This document shows positions 62,301 to 64,000 of a DNA stretch of 64,000 nucleotides, one piece after another. The notes beneath the pieces are model-generated. The model was not told where the DNA came from and did not search any database. It saw only the letters and a list, made by a program, of their open reading frames with translations. The stretch spans positions 928,001 to 992,000 of the forward strand of contig OY759974.1 in assembly GCA_963662945.1 (NCBI GenBank), in the 5' to 3' direction. The translations under genes were made by a program, and so were the position numbers. Source of the stretch: Arcobacteraceae bacterium. GTDB taxonomy: Bacteria; Campylobacterota; Campylobacteria; Campylobacterales; Arcobacteraceae. Every line of letters begins with the position of its first letter. Positions within the stretch are counted from its first letter, which is position 1.

Positions 62301-62393
62301 AATGCTCTTTGCTGTAAGTGATTTTTAAAAAGTGATTATAGGATAATATTGGTTATAGTTACTTATAACATCAAATTGATTTACTGCTTTCTC

Positions 62394-62915
62394 CTAATTT
62401 TCAAGTAAAGCATCTCTTGCTTGTGTAAGTTTCACAAACATTTCATGGCTTCCACCAACATCTGGGTGGGCTTTTTTAGCAACTTTTTTGTAGGCTGTTT
62501 TTATTTGTGTGATTTCAAGTACACCTTCAAGGGGCAAAGATAAAAGTTCTCTATACTCTTTTTCACTAAATAAAGATTGGGTTTGCATAAATTGTTGTCG
62601 TTTTTTATTGTGAGATTTTATCTCTTCATTGAGTTCTCTTTGTATTCTACAATGTTGTGTAAAAACCTCTTGTTGAAATACTTTTTTTCCCTCTTGCCAT
62701 CTTTGTTGTGTCATCACAATACAAGCAGCAAAACTAATCTGACCACAACTTATAAGTTCATCCAAACTAAAAGGCCCTACCATCTCATAAGGCTCATCTA
62801 GCCATGCTGTATTGTTTTTGGAATCTATCTCTCCAAGAGTAACAAAATCTCTAACACCAAGAGTACCATTCCATATAATAAAATCTTCCTCTAGATACAC
62901 TGTATTATCTTGCAT
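62394..62915 (-). CDS. Protein with C-terminal J-domain
   Basis: IKTAYKKVAKKAHPDVGGSHEMF. Confidence 0.82.
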   Translation of the reverse strand: MQDNTVYLEEDFIIWNGTLGVRDFVTLGEIDSKNNTAWLDEPYEMVGPFSLDELISCGQISFAACIVMTQQRWQEGKKVFQQEVFTQHCRIQRELNEEIKSHNKKRQQFMQTQSLFSEKEYRELLSLPLEGVLEITQIKTAYKKVAKKAHPDVGGSHEMFVKLTQARDALLEN

Positions 62916-63006
62916 ATAACAGCCCCTTTTTATAATATATGCAAAAAGTGTACTCTTTTGATTTTATTCTATGTTATAATTATTTATCAACAAAATAAGA
63001 GAAAAG

Positions 63007-63636
63007 ATGAATTTAGAAAAATTAAAAGATATTGAATCAGAATTTTTAGAGAGATACCCAAAAGGTTTTGAGGATGCACACTTTTTCCCTACAATGAAAA
63101 AGTTTAAACCTGAAAAGCTAGAAGAGTTTGCAAAAGAGGCTCTTAAAAAAGAGAACTTCTCAAATCCAAATCTAGTAGTAGATGGCTTTTTTAAAACTAT
63201 ACAAAAGTCAGTTATGGTTTCACTCTTTGATAAGTTAAAATTAAAAGATACGATTATGAGTTTAAATTCATACGAAAAAGATATGCTAAGTATTGAGATA
63301 TATGAACTTTTGTATGGGGATAAAAAAGAGGGCTTTGAGGGTTTAATAGAATTTTTGGCTCAATATAACTTAGCAAAATGGACTCTTCTTAGTGTAGTTC
63401 CATATAGTATAAATAGACAAAAAGACTACTTCATCAAACCAACTACTACCAAAAATATCATCAAATATTTTGAACTTGAAAGTTTAATCTATAAACCAAA
63501 ACCGAGTTTTGAGTTTTATGAAAAATATACTAAAGTTTTAGATGAAATGAAATCAAATGTAGATGACTCACTTACATTTGATAATGCAGCTTTTACTGGT
63601 TTTTTAAAAATTGGGATTGAGCTTTGTGAAGATTAA
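63007..63636 (+). CDS. Hypothetical protein
   Basis: 209-aa ORF, upstream TGTTATAAT. Confidence 0.7.
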   Translation: MNLEKLKDIESEFLERYPKGFEDAHFFPTMKKFKPEKLEEFAKEALKKENFSNPNLVVDGFFKTIQKSVMVSLFDKLKLKDTIMSLNSYEKDMLSIEIYELLYGDKKEGFEGLIEFLAQYNLAKWTLLSVVPYSINRQKDYFIKPTTTKNIIKYFELESLIYKPKPSFEFYEKYTKVLDEMKSNVDDSLTFDNAAFTGFLKIGIELCED

Positions 63637-63983
63637 TCGTATTCATTCTCTTCAAACTGTCTTATTTTTTCATCAATAAGTGATAAAAGATACTCATTTT
63701 GTGGAATTTTTGATTTTATCTTTTGAAGCTCTTTACAATTGTGTTTTGAAAAATCATCATATATTAATTCAGAACATTCATCAATCGATTCTATACTCTT
63801 TTTGAGGTTTTGTAACTCTTGGACAAGATGGGTATCGAAAAGTGTTCTATCCTCTTTGTATAAATTTCTAAGTTTATTTAGTGTAGTTAATCCATCAATT
63901 ACCACATCATCTATCTCACTAGATGTTATAAGGTCAGATTTTAATGCTTCTATAGTGTTGTAAATATCTTCTTTTGTTTTCAT
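63633..63983 (-). CDS. Hypothetical helical protein
   Basis: 116-aa ORF, convergent with 4-bp overlap. Confidence 0.5.
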   Translation of the reverse strand: MKTKEDIYNTIEALKSDLITSSEIDDVVIDGLTTLNKLRNLYKEDRTLFDTHLVQELQNLKKSIESIDECSELIYDDFSKHNCKELQKIKSKIPQNEYLLSLIDEKIRQFEENEYD

Positions 63984-64000
63984 AGATAGAATTTTATCTG

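Overview
AT-rich chromosomal window from a Campylobacterota bacterium, most likely Arcobacteraceae (16S 5' region and a tRNA-Ile/tRNA-Ala spacer). From left to right it holds amtB-glnK, a beta-carbonic anhydrase, a complete minus-strand rRNA operon and mutS2. Next is a ~27 kb type I secretion (T1SS) locus built around a 5428-aa adhesin with 36 apparently identical 315-bp Ig-like repeats, followed by housekeeping blocks (mog-bioV-AAA-mtaB-mscS-aroB; mutY-DJ-1-thiE-accD-metK-glmS; ung). The right end has a divergent cytochrome-bd-superfamily pair with an OmpR regulator and several small genes. The most unusual element is the T1SS operon, where most components carry atypical modules: a PAS domain on the HlyD adaptor, a MotB/ZorB-like peptidoglycan-binding domain on TolC, a Cache-PAS membrane sensor ending in two FliY/CheC-like domains instead of a kinase, a LuxR regulator with a candidate operator at both promoters, and a catalytically dead integrase homologue. 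Other candidates found by reading the sequence: an sRNA sharing a promoter box with the bd-like operon, an ATGGAAAAC repeat array in the metK leader, paired palindromes upstream of amtB, and an uncalled 40-aa lipoprotein. All domain calls are by-eye motif recognition; no searches were run.
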